From assembly GCF_032062105.1 (NCBI RefSeq), contig NW_026937503.1, positions 1 to 64,000 on the forward strand: a DNA stretch of 64,000 nucleotides. Reading direction: 5' to 3'. Numbering within the stretch: position 1 is the stretch's first letter; the number at the start of each line of letters is the position of its first letter. A program made the translations under genes and the position numbers. The stretch comes from Saccostrea cucullata. Lineage: Eukaryota. This document shows, piece after piece, positions 1 through 13,955 of this stretch. The notes below the pieces were generated by a model. That model did not search any database. It was not told the origin of the DNA and saw nothing but the letters and a program-made list of their open reading frames with translations.

Positions 1-324
1 AAAAAAAAAGATTGTTAGTAAACAGCTAACGAAAATACGGCCACTCTTGACAAAAAACAAAATGATGATGAAAGGTACTAATCAGCTTTTGGCTGAAACT
101 AAAATCGAGATACCCTCATGGGGTGCGTTATGTAACTACTTACATGAAAAACTCTGTACAATGATTGGATAAAATTGTACAAAGAAGGCCCTGGTAGGTG
201 CATTACAAAACATATTACATAAACAAAAACATGAGATAGGGGGTCACAATAAAATACCTAAACATACTTACATAAAATCCGTGATAAAATCGCATATTAA
301 AAAATTGAGGTGCAATATGAAAAC

Positions 325-840
325 CATTTACCCTTCTGTATTCAATAATCCAGACGTGAAAAAAAGAACTAGATAGATTACATGATCAGTACGTACTGGT
401 CCCTGCTGACTAAGCAGGTTACAACATTGTCTATATTTGAAAGGCTCATTATATAAATTGTATTTAGGAAGAACTTGGATTTAGATCTACAAGTGGTAAT
501 CCAACTTATACTCATAGTTCCCTTTTAAGGAGGAAATTCTTCATAATCTTATGTCAATTCTGAATATTTTTAATATCCAAAAGAACCAAAATGATTTTTG
601 GTCCATGTACATATATATTGAATTCCGGAACTTCAAAAGAATTCTTGCAAAAAAAAGATACATGGCAGGGTTCCAGTCAATGTTCAACCAATGCCTTTTT
701 ATTTACTCCTCACTAACACATTTTCAGTAATGAAGGAGGAAAACTTCAAGAGTACTGCGCAACAATATATTCAAAAAGTGGTGTAAATCAGTTATGGGTA
801 CTTAAAAATTCCAAGGAACTTGTGGACAGTTTGAAGTAAT
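325..840 (+). mobile_element. Naiad-type Penelope-like element (PLE) fragment, RT N-terminal part, degraded
   Basis: Broken frames give YPSVFNNPDVKKELDRLHDQYVLVPAD and GVNQLWVLKNSKEL; same family as the 41.2-42.8 kb copy. Confidence 0.75.
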
Positions 841-2049
841 TTAATTTCAATTGTATTCTCGTCTCTCATTGGTTGAATTCCAAAGAGGAACGCAAATTAT
901 TTTGTATAATTCGGTTTGGTATGGGGACACACGCCCTTGACGACCAGCTTAATCATCTTATCCATGCAATCCCCTCATTTCCATCTTATCCATGCAATCC
1001 CCTCATTTTCAGTCCTCGGAATCCATGGAAAATTCCAGATTTGATAAATGTACCTTTAACTTCAAACAATTACTCGATCTTAAATCGTGTTAACAAACAT
1101 CATGGCTGCTAGATCTGTAAAGCCTTTAAGTGAATTAGTAGGGTGTTTTTCATTATTTATTGTAGTAGTACATAAGTCGTAGTAAGAAACTGAAAAATAA
1201 ACAACACAGTCATAAGTACAATGTTACCAAAAAAAAAAAAACAGCACAATAAATGCAACTCGGGCAGACTAGTATATATTACTATGTGTTTCATTCTCTA
1301 AATGACTCAATAAAATATCTCTCTTAATACAAACTTGATTCTTATGACATTTTGTAAATAAACAATTTGAAAAACTTAATATGTAATGAAATTTACTGTT
1401 TTGACTAGATAATTCGAGTTGACAATATTTATAATCATTCGTACATGAATTATTCGACTGAATACGTGACATACAAAGACCATGTGCGCCCTAACCTTGA
1501 CACATTAGCTACCGTAACTAAATTAAGACAAAAGTACCGAAACATTTTTTTCATAAAAATCTACACATACTACAAATGTATACATGTTCATCTTGCACAA
1601 GGTTTATAATTAATAATTAAGGCATGTAATAAACAAGAAAAACTTACTCTATGCGGGACTAAAACAGCCAAACATGACATAAGGGTTGCTGATTTGATGC
1701 GGGCACCATGTCGTATACAATACACAAACGGAAATAATGTGTAAAAACAAACAGATAACGGTTTCAATCCGGAAAGATAACTAAGGGGAACAACTCAATT
1801 TCATGTAACACTTCAAGATCTATGTATCAGTTATTACCTCCCCTAGCTTCCAATCACTTCCGTCACTACGGTTGTATTATTGTGCGGTTAATTTGAACGC
1901 ATAAAAAGCAACACAATTTTTTACATCCAGAGTTGTTTCATTATTTTAAATTAAATTATAAGGAATGACTCTGATTCTTGGCCAAATTATCGAGCATAAT
2001 CTGGTTTGGGTCAGTTCCCGCTATTTTATAATCCGCGAAGCGAAATATC

Positions 2050-2750
2050 ACATTTAACTCCACATTTGAATATATCGACGACGTATTGTCAGTTAACGCG
2101 ATTGTAATTTCCATTCCTACGTCGATACAATAAATACTGGTGAGCTTGAGAAAAAAAGATACCATAGAGTCTGACACATCTGTTTCATATTTTGATATTT
2201 TACTTGAAAAAGACACTAATGGTTATATAACAACCAAGCTTTATGATAAACGTGGTGACTTTAACTTTTCTCTTACTTATGGAGAAATATACCTTCATCA
2301 CCTTATACGGAGTTTATATATCTCAGCTGATTCGATATACAAGAGCATGCTCTCAGTATGAACAATTTCCAAAACGAGGAAAATTATTGACAAACAAGTT
2401 GATGAAACAAGAATATCAGCAGTCTCTTTTAAAATCATTATTTTGTAAGTTGGCCGATACTATGGCCTTATCTATCAACAAATACATTTTATCATTGAGT
2501 CAAATGCTGACTGGCGTTTTTCACACTAATTGTAAGTCCATTATTTATAATTGAATTGACGACTGATTTTTCCCTTATTTCCTGATCATGACGAAAAGCA
2601 CACGGCGGGTGTGGCCGGTCGGCAGAAGATGTTCAGTCTTGTATGGCACATGATCCCACCTCTAATGTTTTGGAGGTCCGTTTTTGCTCTGCTCCTATTT
2701 TGTATTTTATGGACTTTTGATCTTGAGTATTGTTCTTTATCTGCATATGT
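2050..2750 (+). mobile_element. Naiad PLE 3' fragment (RT C-terminus plus conserved 3' UTR/pLTR)
   Basis: YIDDVLS, DTIESDTSVSYFDILL, LYDKRGDFNF, YGVYISQLIRYTRACS; followed by the family 3' motif gcgggtgtg...gatcccacctct...ggaggtccg. Confidence 0.85.
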
Positions 2751-3242
2751 TTCACATATCAAATACAACATTCAACTATGTATAACTTTACTTAAAACGA
2801 TTTATTACCAATTAATTTATCTTATCAATGACATGCATGGTCAAAGAACATGTAACATTTAAATACTTACAAATTCATGATACAAACAGTCTATTTTTAT
2901 GTACCTTCCAGTTTCTATCTTTAAAGTATGAGTTTAAAACATGTAGTTGCTTTTCTGTATTGTACATGAAAAGGCTTCTTCAAAAAATTTTGCAAACAAA
3001 TATGATCAACTAAGTATACAAAATGCATTTTGGTGATTTACATATATGAAATATAACTTTCTGCATAAAAACATCACACGTTGATATATCTAATATAAAA
3101 CGTTTTGACTACTATGAAAGCAATTCAGCCCAATCTAGAGTGAACATTTTATTTTCATTTTTATACTCAAAAAATCGGATGATAGGGATTTTCATTCTCT
3201 ACCATATTTCAATAACATACACTCAAATACAACTATTACTTT

Positions 3243-3640
3243 TTAAGGCACCTCAGTAAAGTCAGGTGACCCATTGCTATCTCTATTCCTCCATTGAAGT
3301 TCGTACATTTTAAACTTCTTCTCTGCAACCGCTTAAAGCTTAACCATTTACAACCAATTTTTGCGTCTATGAGTTAAGGGGGAAATTGTGAATTTTATGG
3401 ACCCTGTCCCCCTGTATCATGATGGGGGTTGGGGCCAAAACCACTAAAAGTACTGTTATCTTTAAAAATCTTCTTCTTTTCTGCTGGACATCAAGCATTT
3501 AAACTGCTGACCTGATTGTAATCAATATTGAGTCCTCTACAAAAAGTGTGAAATTTATGGCCCCAGGGTCAGGAGTTTTAGTGTTTGGGTGGGGCTAAAT
3601 GGATTAGATAGTAATAATGCACTATTTCCCAAAACATAAT
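3243..3640 (+). mobile_element. HINE-like (Helentron-associated) non-autonomous repeat, degraded
   Basis: Starts ttttaaggcacctcag...caggtgacc; internal aaaatcttctt, gtgaaatttatggcccc and ggtggggc units shared with the 37-39 kb repeats. Confidence 0.45.
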
Positions 3641-3727
3641 ACATATCAAAATATTTATGCAATGCTTGAATGAATACGGCAAGCTAAACTGATATCACTA
3701 CAAAAGTATTTTACAAAAATTCAACAG

Positions 3728-6700
3728 GAGATGGCTATGTAGTTCACCTCGGTGGGAATGACAATTATGGGATCAACTGGAACCCTAGTCACATTTCTTC
3801 AATTACTGGAAAAGCCATCGTAAAAATGGAACATTTCTTTACAGTGTGCAAGAATTCTAAGGCTACCATCAACAATAAAAAAGACAGGAAATTCAGGTTT
3901 TAAACACATTGACAAATTTTTTTTTATTATTTTATGTGTTAAAAATAATTTGCATGTACCAATCAAATTAATTTTGTTTTTCAAAGCAATAAATAATACA
4001 TCTGCAGAGCAAATTTACTTCTGAAATCATTTTGTGTAAATGCTAAAAATCTGTTTATGTTACATTACATGTAATATTGATTTGGAAATATTTCTGATAT
4101 ATCTAGTAAATTTCTCCAGATGTGGGATTTAAAGAAACTTCAATTTTCTGCTTCGGTGTTATGCAATTACGAATAATAACTGAATATTTATTTTGTAGTC
4201 CACGCCAAATACAAGAAATAAAAACTGCAGCCTTTATTAACATCGGCAAAGAAGGATACAATTTGCTTACCCAAAATTGCGAACATTTTGCATCGTATTG
4301 TAGATACGGTGTGAATTGTTCTGACCAGGTATTTGCATACATTTATACATGTTTTTTAAAGAGATGAAAGATATTTTAATTACTTTTGTATTTGTAATTT
4401 ATATAAGTTTTTATCAGTTTGAAACAAAACCAATGTCATCATAGAGATTATTTTAATCATTTTAACAACGTGTACAGTTGATATTTAATATATTTCTATA
4501 TTAATAAAATCCCTATGTAGTACAGGTCATACATACAGTATACAAAGATAGTAACAGATCTTATTATAAAATAAAATGTAAAATGATCATTAAGAGGACA
4601 TAAAATTAAAAAATGATATCTTCAAAAACAGTATAAGATTTAATGCAATATCTTTTATCTCTGGTATTATTGCATTACAATATCCGCAAAGCTTTATCTG
4701 TTATTTTGTTTTTAACCGAAACACATGAAATTTATATGTGCCGTCAACGGATATAATTATTCGCCACTTGAAAATGGCCGACAATATTTTCCACATCGCG
4801 CACCTTGATATTTAGGGGCTGTTTAAAAAAAAATGCCCATCTTACGGCAATACTTTGTTAAATTGCCTTTCATCTTCAATTCTTCATTAATTCTACCGGG
4901 AATTGTCTTATACGGGTCTCAATGTCGGAGGTTTGTACATTTTCCCAGGCAGTCTGGATTTCCGCCATTACCTGATCTTTTGTTGTTACAAATTCGGCAC
5001 GGGTTTTCAATGTTCTTTTAATTTAATTTATGTTAATTTTAATCAAATCTTCTCGATAATATTTACTCCATGAACGGAAGCATTGTCGTCCATAAATACA
5101 TACTTGTTATCTGAAAAATGTCTGGCTAAAACGGGCCAGTGTCTTTTGTCTAATATTTCAATATATTTTTTTTACTTTCTTACTTTTCGTCTTTTCGAGA
5201 TATAAACTTTCTTATTTTTTCCAATCACTATCTGGCTTTCGCCACTGAACACCAATCTATTCCACTCACGATCAATAGTCCAATTTCTTCTCTCCTTGCA
5301 CCACTTACAGGGAGCTTTTTTGTTGGCCTCACGAATAACGACTTTTTTCTTGGCAACTCTTCGTTTATATCCCAGCTCTTGGAATTTTTATTTTTATAGT
5401 TCTATATGGAGATAACGAACAGTATTCAATCTCAACGTCCATTAAACAATATACAAAATTAGAGCAGAGCAAACAGGGACCTCTGAAACATCAGAGGTGG
5501 GATCAGGTGCCTTGGAGGAGTGAGCATCCCCTGCCGACCGGTCACACCCGCCGTGTGCTCGTTGTCATGATCAGGAAATAACGGAAAAAATCCGTCGTCA
5601 ATTCAGTGTATAAATAATGGACTAACAATTGGTATGAAAAACGTCAGTCAGCATTTGACTCAATGATAAATTGTATTCGCTGACAAGCTCATTGTATAGA
5701 TCATTGAAATTACGAAATGATGACTTTAAACGATACTGCTGATATTTTTGTTTCATCAACTTGCTTGTCAATAATTTACCTCGTTTAAGAAATTGTTCAT
5801 ACGTAGAGCATGCTCTTGCGTAGCGAATCAACTAAGATATATATACTCCGTATGCAGGTGATGAAGGTATATTGCTGCATAAGTAAGGGAAGTTGACGAT
5901 AGAAAAGTTAAAGTCATCACGTTTATCATATAGCTTGGTTGTTAGATTACCATTAGTGTCTTTTTCAAGTAAAATATCCAGGTATGAAGCAGAAGTGTCG
6001 GACTCTGTGGTATTTTTTATCTCAAGCTAACCAGCATATATCGTATCGACGTAGGAATGGAAATTATCATTATTAATTGACAATACGTCGTCGATATATC
6101 TAAATGTCGAGTTGAAGGCCACAGCAAGTGTTTTCTTCTTTTCATGCATAAGATTTTGCAAAAATTCTGCTTCATATGAATATTACAAAATCTATTATTG
6201 TTTTCCTCATTTATTATACCTGTGATGTCTTCATTAGTTCGTCGTCTGTTTTCTTTAACTACACGTGAAAGTTTGTTTTTATCTCCGTCTGTAAACACTT
6301 TCTTCCTCCCTCTTCCTCGTCGATTTTCTACCTGTCCCGTTTCATCAAACTTTATAACAATACTACGTATTGTTTACTTAGGGTTTTCTTATATTCTCGC
6401 CAATTCTGATGCATTTCTGTTGTATTATACGTTTCTTCAACCATTCTTCTGACGGACGCATCTAATTCTTTCCCCATCAAAACCATGTTATTTTTACATA
6501 AATTTTTCGATAAATAATAATGTAGTCGATAAAACTATTGTGTATACGTCATCAATTTTAGTATTAAAACACAAAGATAGAAAAAAAATTAAACAATTAA
6601 ACATGTGAGAAACCGTGATGCTATTTGTGCGGAAGTGGGGAATAATTATGTCCCTGGACTGTACACAGATATGCAATTGCATAAAAATAAAGTGGACCAG

Positions 6701-6929
6701 GACCTAAGCGTACCCTTGCTTTATCCCTACCTCAATTTTTATATTCCATGCTGGCAGACTTCAACTTGTTCACATTTTCTAAAATTTTATTTAATATTAA
6801 TAAAATCTTCTACAGGTCAGCAAATTCCTATTCATCACCGGCATTGTAGTGTTATTTCTTGTCCTGGGACTATTCCTCATCTGGTTTATTGTTAGAAGAA
6901 GAAAGAAGGGACAGAAGAAGACTAAATAG
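3728..6929 (+). CDS. PLAAT/LRAT-like (permuted NlpC/P60) phospholipase/acyltransferase, copy 1; exons 3728-3896, 4199-4328, 6816-6929; first coding exon not found in window
   Basis: GDGYVVHL, then YNLLTQNCEHFASYCRYG, then hydrophobic tail FLFITGIVVLFLVLGLFLIWFIV-RRRKK-stop; GT-AG boundaries with compatible phases. Confidence 0.85.
4830..6480 (-). pseudogene. Degraded Tc1-family transposase, split by a Naiad insertion
   Basis: N-terminal HTH region (KFDETGQVENRRGRGRKKVFT) at 6180-6477; WCKERRNWT..WNRLVFSGES and YVFMDDNA at 4830-5390. Confidence 0.7.
5405..6185 (-). mobile_element. Naiad PLE 3' fragment nested in the Tc1 relic
   Basis: FRYIDDVLSIN, LYDKRDDFNFSIVNFP, LIRYARACSTYEQF plus family 3' UTR. 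Confidence 0.9.
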
Positions 6930-7056
6930 ACATTGACATTTGTTTTTCTTTTTAAAGCTTATTTCATAAAGGTTTTGTCACTGTAAACCCCTAGCATAGG
7001 CATCGGTGACAGCAGTGGTTTCCCTATTATTTTTTTAAAATCAGGTTCATTCTTTA

Positions 7057-7310
7057 GGACAGACTGACAGAATGACAGAGAATTACACAGCATGACAGAC
7101 TGACAGAGAATTACACACTGACTGATTGACAGAAAATGACAGAAAATGACAGACTAACAAAATGACAGGAAATGACAGAATGACAGAAAATGACAGAATG
7201 ACAGACTGACAGAATGACACAGAATGACAGAGAATTACAGACTGACAAAATGACAGACTGACAGAATGAAAGAATGATATAGTATTACAGAAGGACAGAC
7301 TTATAAGAAT
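7057..7310. repeat. Imperfect GACA/GACAGAAT compound microsatellite
   Basis: Directly visible tandem gacagact/gacagaat units. Confidence 0.9.
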
Positions 7311-7929
7311 GAAAGAATGCACACTTCAATAATTGATTTAGAAATAATATATATAAAATTTGAATAAATCATCAATTTAGGATAATCCATACCATGATTG
7401 AACCTGCATGTACAACTGAAGCCACATCATGATTGAACTAGCATGTTTAGAAGAAACCACATCATAACTTTACTTGCATGGATGATATCACCCAAATTTT
7501 GTTTGAACGTGCTTTGATGTGAGCTTTTTTTTAATATTCCGTTGCCGTTTCCATATATCTTTTTTTTTTTTAATAATTGTATTTTCCAAATTTAATCATT
7601 AATATTCTAATCTATCTATTTTCTAAATTTTACTGGGTTTTTTGATAAATAAATTTTCATAAATTATCTTGCCTTGTCATTGGTCGCTTGCAAAAGTATC
7701 TTGTCAAGAATTATGCTGATTGTACACAAAAGTTTATTTCAAAAAGTATATTGAGTTTCTGAATAACAATTTGTATGTGAATTTGAAGACCAGGTCTTCC
7801 TATATTCGGTTAAAATTGCAAAGGTACAAATAAGGCCGTGTTATTTAAAAACTTTCAGTGCAACTATATGAAGGAGATTTTTTTTAAGAAATCATCTAAT
7901 ATATCAAATTCATAATTGTAATTTTCTAA

Positions 7930-9440
7930 GTATGCCCTTCGTATACTGGATTATGACAGTGCCTATGGTTTCCTGGACTTCTTTCTTCTTTCTGAAAAAA
8001 AAAAATATTTTTTCAAGTTTGGAAAATGAAGCAATTCAAATGTTTAAGATCTGACGAATATTGTTGGTGTGACAAAAAATGAAATCTCTGTTTATCTCCA
8101 AAACTCCTTTTCTCTTCATTACGTGTTGGTTCGGGTGATGTCGTAAAGAAAAATAAAGTTACATTAATGATTTCTGATTCAGGTTCCTTCCTCTGTAAAA
8201 TATTTTTAATTTTCTGCAAAATTGAGTTTTTTAAACTAATCCAGAAATTCAACTGCTTCCGCAAAGGAATCTGAAGAACAAAACAACTACTATTGAACAA
8301 AATGGCATGTAAAACTTTGCATCTGTTCTTGCAATTCAGAACTTTCCTGTTTTGGTCAAGTGCGTCTTGGTCCAAATTTTTCTTGAGAAGCAATGAACCC
8401 AGGTCTTATTATGTGTTAGAGTATCAGACAAATATGAATAACTATCGCTGCAGATTGTAGCTCTCTGAAAATATATATACACTGAGTATTTATTGCACAC
8501 AAAAAGTTGTGCTTAGTTCTGAACTAATTCTTTCAATTCTTTCCTTAAAACCAAAAAAAAAAAGATATTTTTTTTTATATTCCTTACTCCGAGATGAAGT
8601 ACTCTCGTATTTCATATCTGCAATGTTGGACTGAATTATCTTGCAAACCAAAACGGCAGTATATATAGACAAAATTTTTTATCACGATTTCAGGTCAGGA
8701 CGGCTTTTAACAACAATTATAAAGAATGTTTTGTTGTGGAAACAGTATAAGAAAATGTTAGGAATTCCTGGTCAGTAATATTTTGAGATGAAGTTTAAAA
8801 ATGTGGAGAAATAAATCGAGAAAACAGCGCACTTTTTTGTGCGCAATAATCATACAGTTTTTACAATGTGTGGCACTGAAGCTTTCCGGTCTGTCAATAT
8901 ATTTTTTTCGGAGAGCTACAGATCTGCAGCTAGGATAACTACGCCTAAAAATTCTTAAAAGTAATTGTTTTGATATTCTTACACGCTATCATTTCATTCT
9001 TTGGTCAAAACAGGATAACCATTGTGTACCTAGCTTTTTCAGAGCCTTTCTCTAAAATAATGTGAACTACCCACAAAAATATGCCTATTAAATTTGCTAT
9101 GCGATTTAATCTCAATCAAACATCATCAGTGAATATTTGTTGAATTTTGCAAAACGTTACACACATTGTTGCAAGTCCTAGTCGCCAAGTACAGTACCAA
9201 TATTTGATGCCCATTATTTTCTTTTTGGTCGTTGAAATTCCCCCTGCTCATGTGTCTATAAAACAAATACGTGTTGCTGTAAATATTACTTATTTCCGTG
9301 AATATTTCCTTGGGATTCTTTCCAGCTTTTACAGTATCTTTTACGAAGCTTTGAATTTCAGTCATGTTTACGTCCTCAGTAGTCAAAAAATTGAGACGAA
9401 AGAGAACTCTTCTTTCCATAAAATGTTTTGTAGGCCTTGA
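7930..9440 (-). mobile_element. Degraded mariner-derived element, related to 18472-20123 and 49592-50922
   Basis: EIQSFVKDTVKAGKNPKEIFTEISNIYSNTYLFYRH resembles a mariner N-terminal HTH; 7930-8390 is visibly similar to 18960-19430. Confidence 0.55.
8447..8931. mobile_element. MITE-like insertion with terminal inverted repeats
   Basis: Left gctgcagattgtagctctctgaaaa versus right ttttcggagagctacagatctgcagc. Confidence 0.55.
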
Positions 9441-10009
9441 TACCCTGACCTGAACCTCTCTTGCTAAAATGACCCAAAACTGCTCAGAAGGAGTGACCAA
9501 TTGACGCCAAATTGAAAGGTCTGTATCTCTCTTAGTTTTCAAGCAATTTTCAAAGTCTTGGTGTCATTAAAAAGCTATTGGAAAGTTCTGTCCACTATCC
9601 GAAGATGGTTGTTAAAGGTAAAAAACGGCAAAAATTGCGTTGGCTGAAAGATGTCTGTGTAAGCTGCGTGGGCACACCTAGGCAATATTTGCTCTAGAAA
9701 GCCTAAAAAATTGATTAATCGTTCTGACTATTAGTGCATTACATAGACTTTGTCCAGAACTTTCTGACAAGCTCGAGAACTTGAAAGTCCATAACGCAAT
9801 AAAGATTGTCTGCCGTTTGCAAGGCTTTTAAGAAAATCGCTTGTTATTCAACTTTGTGCTCTCTGAAATGACAATATCATGATATCAGCATAAAGAGAAT
9901 TTCAAGACGACACCAGGAAGGTTGACATCGGAGCAGTCAGTCAAAAAGTATGAGCAAAAAACGAAAAATAAGTGTTTGCAGGGGTTAAAGACAGGGATTG
10001 GTGTTAGGG

Positions 10010-13000
10010 TTCAAGTTAAAGACTACACCTTGTTTTTCTACAATTATACATCGACCATTGCTTCCAACTTTTCAATTACAAAAACACTTTACATGGCCTG
10101 GATACCGAGTATCTGAAACATAATCCTCCATCGTGTTCATGTTCTTTTTTGCCCTATTACTATAATCCTGCTGGACACGTTATTACAGGTGACGTAAATA
10201 TAGTTAATAATGAGGACCTTAAATCACTTATTTTAAATGGTTCTAAATATAGAGAACCCTGATCCTTCAACAGGCGTCGGAATTTCAAAAAAATTATGGA
10301 TTCTGTTGAAAATTACGCATAGATAAATGACATGATCAGTACGTACTGGTCCCAGCCTACAAAGTAGGTAGCAACATTGTCTTCGTTTGTAAGGCTCATT
10401 ATATAAATTGTATTTTAGAAGAACTTGGATTTAATTCTACAAATGGTAATCCTATTTACACTCATACTACCCTTTCTAATTATAAAGAAGAAGGATATGG
10501 AGATAACGAACAGCTTTCAGTCTCAAAGTCCATAAAACAATACAAAATAAGAGCGGAGCAAACACGGACCTTCGAAACATCAGAGGTGGGATCAGGTGCC
10601 ACGGAGGAGTGAACATCCCCTGCCGACCGGTCACACCAGCCATGTGCTCCTTGTCATGATAAGGAAATAACGGAAAAAATCCGTCGTCAATTCAGTGTAT
10701 AAATAATGGACTAACAATTGGAATGAAAAACGTCAGTCAGCATTTGACTTAATGATAAATTGTATTTGCTGACAAGGTCATTGTATCGACCATTGAACAC
10801 GAAATGAGTACTTTAAACGAGACTGCTGATATTCTTCACTACTGTCAGTATCTTAGTGAGGAGTAACGAAAGAGGCTTGGTTGAACATTTACTGGAGTCT
10901 GCAATGTATCTTTGTTTGTAAGGATTCTTATGAAGTTTTGGAATCTTATATATATAAGGTAGCTCAGATTCATTTTTGCTCTGTGGAATATTAAAAGTAT
11001 TCAAAACTGACAGGTGATTTTGAAGAATTTCTTCCTTAGAAAGGAAAGTATGAGTATAAGTAGGATTACCTCTTGTAGAATTAAATCCAAGTTCTTCTAG
11101 AATGAAATTTATACAATGAGCCTTACAAAAGAAGACAATGTTGTTACCTGCTTTGTCGGTATATACTGATCGTGTAATCTATCTAATTTTTTTCACTTCT
11201 GGTTTATTGAACACAGAAGGATAGATGGTTTTCATATTGCCCCTCAATCTTTTAAAACGTGACTTTTAAATGGATCTGATACATTTAATCCATTCTGACA
11301 AGGTGTCAACGTCTTCTTTTTCATATCTTGGCCCATCGTCTAGCGTAATTTTCAACAGAATCCATAATATTTTTGAAATTCCGACGCCTGTTGAAGGATC
11401 AGGGTTCTCTATATTTAGAACCATGTAAAATAAGTGATTTAAGGTCCTCATTCTAACTATATTTACGTCACCTGTAATGACGTGTCCAGCAGGACTATAG
11501 TAATAGGGCAAAGAAGAACATGAACACGATGGAGGATTATGTTTCAGATACTCGGTATCCAGGCCATGTAAAGTTTTTCATGTAATTGAAAAGTTTGGAA
11601 GCAATGGTCGATGAATATTTGTAGGAAATACAAGGTGTATGCTTTAGTTAACTAGAAATATGGTGGAATACAAGACTAGACCCTTTTGTGATTAAGAATA
11701 TTACTTACATTAACTGCGTCAATTCCCTTATTGGCATATTGAAGTTTAAGGAAAAGACGGATTGTTTTAGCTGCGTGTATGATGTATTGGTTTTATACCA
11801 AAACCAAAAAACAATAACCTTGTCAGCCACCACATTCTATCATTAATTCAAATGCTGACTGACGTTTTTCATTCCAATTGTTAGTCTACTATTTATATAC
11901 TGAATTGACGACAGATTATTTCTGTCATTTCCTGATCATGACAAGGAGCACATGGCGGGTGTGACCGGTTGGCAGGGGATACTAACACCTCCATGGCACT
12001 TGATCCCACCTCTGATGTATCATGGGTCCTTGTTTGCTCTGCACTAATTTTGTATTGTTTTATGGACTTTGAGACTGAATACTGTTCGTTATCTCCATAT
12101 CCTTCTTCAAAATCATATGTCAGTTTTAACTACTTTTAATATTCAACAGAGCCAAAATGAATTTGAACTACCCTATATACCAGTATATTGGATTCCAAAA
12201 CTTCATAATAATCCTTCCAAACAAAGATACATTGCGGGTTCCAGTAAATGTTCAACCAAGCCTCTTTCCTTTTTCCTCACTAAGATATTGACAGTAGTGA
12301 AGGAAAAACTTCAAGAGAACAGTGCAACAATATATTCAAGAAGTGGCGTGAATCAGATGTGGGTACTAAAAAATTCCGAAGAACGTTTGGACAATTTGAA
12401 ATCACAAGATTTTACCAAAATCAACAGCTTAAAAACTTACAACTTTTCAACTTAATACACAACAATTCCCAATCCTGGCTTTTTGACAGCTGCTTCTTCA
12501 ATAAAAATGGAACTCATAAATTTACTTACCTGGTCATTGGTTATTTGCAAAATTATTTTGTTAAAAAGATTCTGATTGTACACATAAAAACTCTGAAATT
12601 GACATTAAGAAGTTGCTTGAGTTTCTTATTGACAATATCTATGTGGTTTTTGGAGACCAGGTCTTCCAACAATCTATTGGAATTCCCATGGCAGCTAATT
12701 GGGCTCCGTTATAAGCAGACCTATTTCTGTATTCATATGAAGCAGAACTTATGCAAAATCGAATGCGTGAACAGTAGAAAACAGTTGCTGTGGCCTTCAA
12801 CTCGACATTCAGATATATGGACGACGTATTGTCAATTAACAATGGTAATATCCATTCCTACGTCGATACGAAATATCCTGGAGAACTTGAGATAAAAAAT
12901 ACCACATCTGTGTCATACTTGGATATTTTACTTGAAAAGGACGTTAATGGTAACCTAGCAACCAAGTTATTTTATAAACGTGACGACTTTAACGTTTCTA

Positions 13001-13495
13001 TCGTCAGGGTTACTTACTTATGCAGCAGTATACCTTCATCACCTGCATACGGAGTTTCTATATATCAGTTGATTCGATACGCAAGAGCATGCTCTACGAA
13101 TGAACAAGTTCTAAAACGATGTAAATTATTGGCAAGCAAGTTGATGAAACAAGAATATCAGCAGTCTCGTTTTAAGTTATCATTTCGTAATTTCTATGAT
13201 CTATACAATTAGCTTGTCAGCAAATACAATTTATCATTGAGTCAAACGCTGACTGACGTTTTTCATACCAATTGTTACTCCATTATCTATACACTGAATT
13301 GACGACGATTTTTACCGTTATTTCAAGATGATGACAATAAGCACACGACGGGTGTGACAGGTCAGCAGAGGATGCTCACTCCTCCATGGCACCTGATTCC
13401 ACCTCCAATGTTTCGGAGGTCCGTGTTTGCTCTGCTCCTATTTTGTATTGTTTTATGGACTTTGATATTGAATACTGTACGTTATCTCCATATTA
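10010..13495. mobile_element. Complex tandem/inverted cluster of Naiad PLE fragments (+10010-10480, -10495-10815, -10830-11770, +11845-12105, +12105-13495)
   Basis: CxC linker (PPSCSC), YWIPKLHNNPSKQRYIAGSSKCSTKPLS, GIPMAANWAP, FRYMDDVLSIN; three copies of the 3' UTR; many frameshifts and stops. Confidence 0.9.
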
Positions 13496-13519
13496 TTCAT
13501 TGTAATTTTGGAGCAGGAA

Positions 13520-13955
13520 GATTTATTCGTGATTCTCCTTTAAAATGACCACATTTCCGACGGAATCCAAAGACAAATAAACTAGGAGTGTATGGATTCG
13601 GAATATAAATCGCCAAAATCAAAATGGTGCAATTCAAGACCAAATAATGACCCTAGAATTTGCTCCAGTCATTTTTTTGGATGGGTAACCTGCACCTGGT
13701 AATCCATACCCAACAATTAATATGGGACACAAAGAAAAGGTTACCATGGGAAGACAGGCACCAAAAGAAAGATCTGCGGAGGTTCCTACCAAGAAAAGAA
13801 AGTCAACATCCAACTCTGACATACTTAGTGACTCTGATGTGACAAACAATGTTAATCATCATTTGATTGACCATGACTATTTAGAGTTCTGTGACACATG
13901 TATTTACAATGTAGGAGAAATAAGAAAACTAAAAGATCATGTATGGATAATGTAA
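13520..13955 (+). pseudogene. THAP zinc-finger relic, probably derived from a DNA transposon
   Basis: FPTESKD..RSVWIRNINR, then (frameshift) RICSSHF.DG..PGNPYPTINMGH, then a downstream DHDY HCF-binding-like motif; contains stops. Confidence 0.65.

Noticed and set aside
7083-7322. Low-complexity ORFs (also 22023-22280, 23750-24039)
   Set aside because: Translations of micro- and minisatellites
10010-13495. Selenocysteine-encoding Naiad (in-frame TGA plus SECIS)
   Set aside because: Stops are mixed TAA/TAG/TGA with frameshifts, consistent with decay; no recurring TGA at Cys positions was seen
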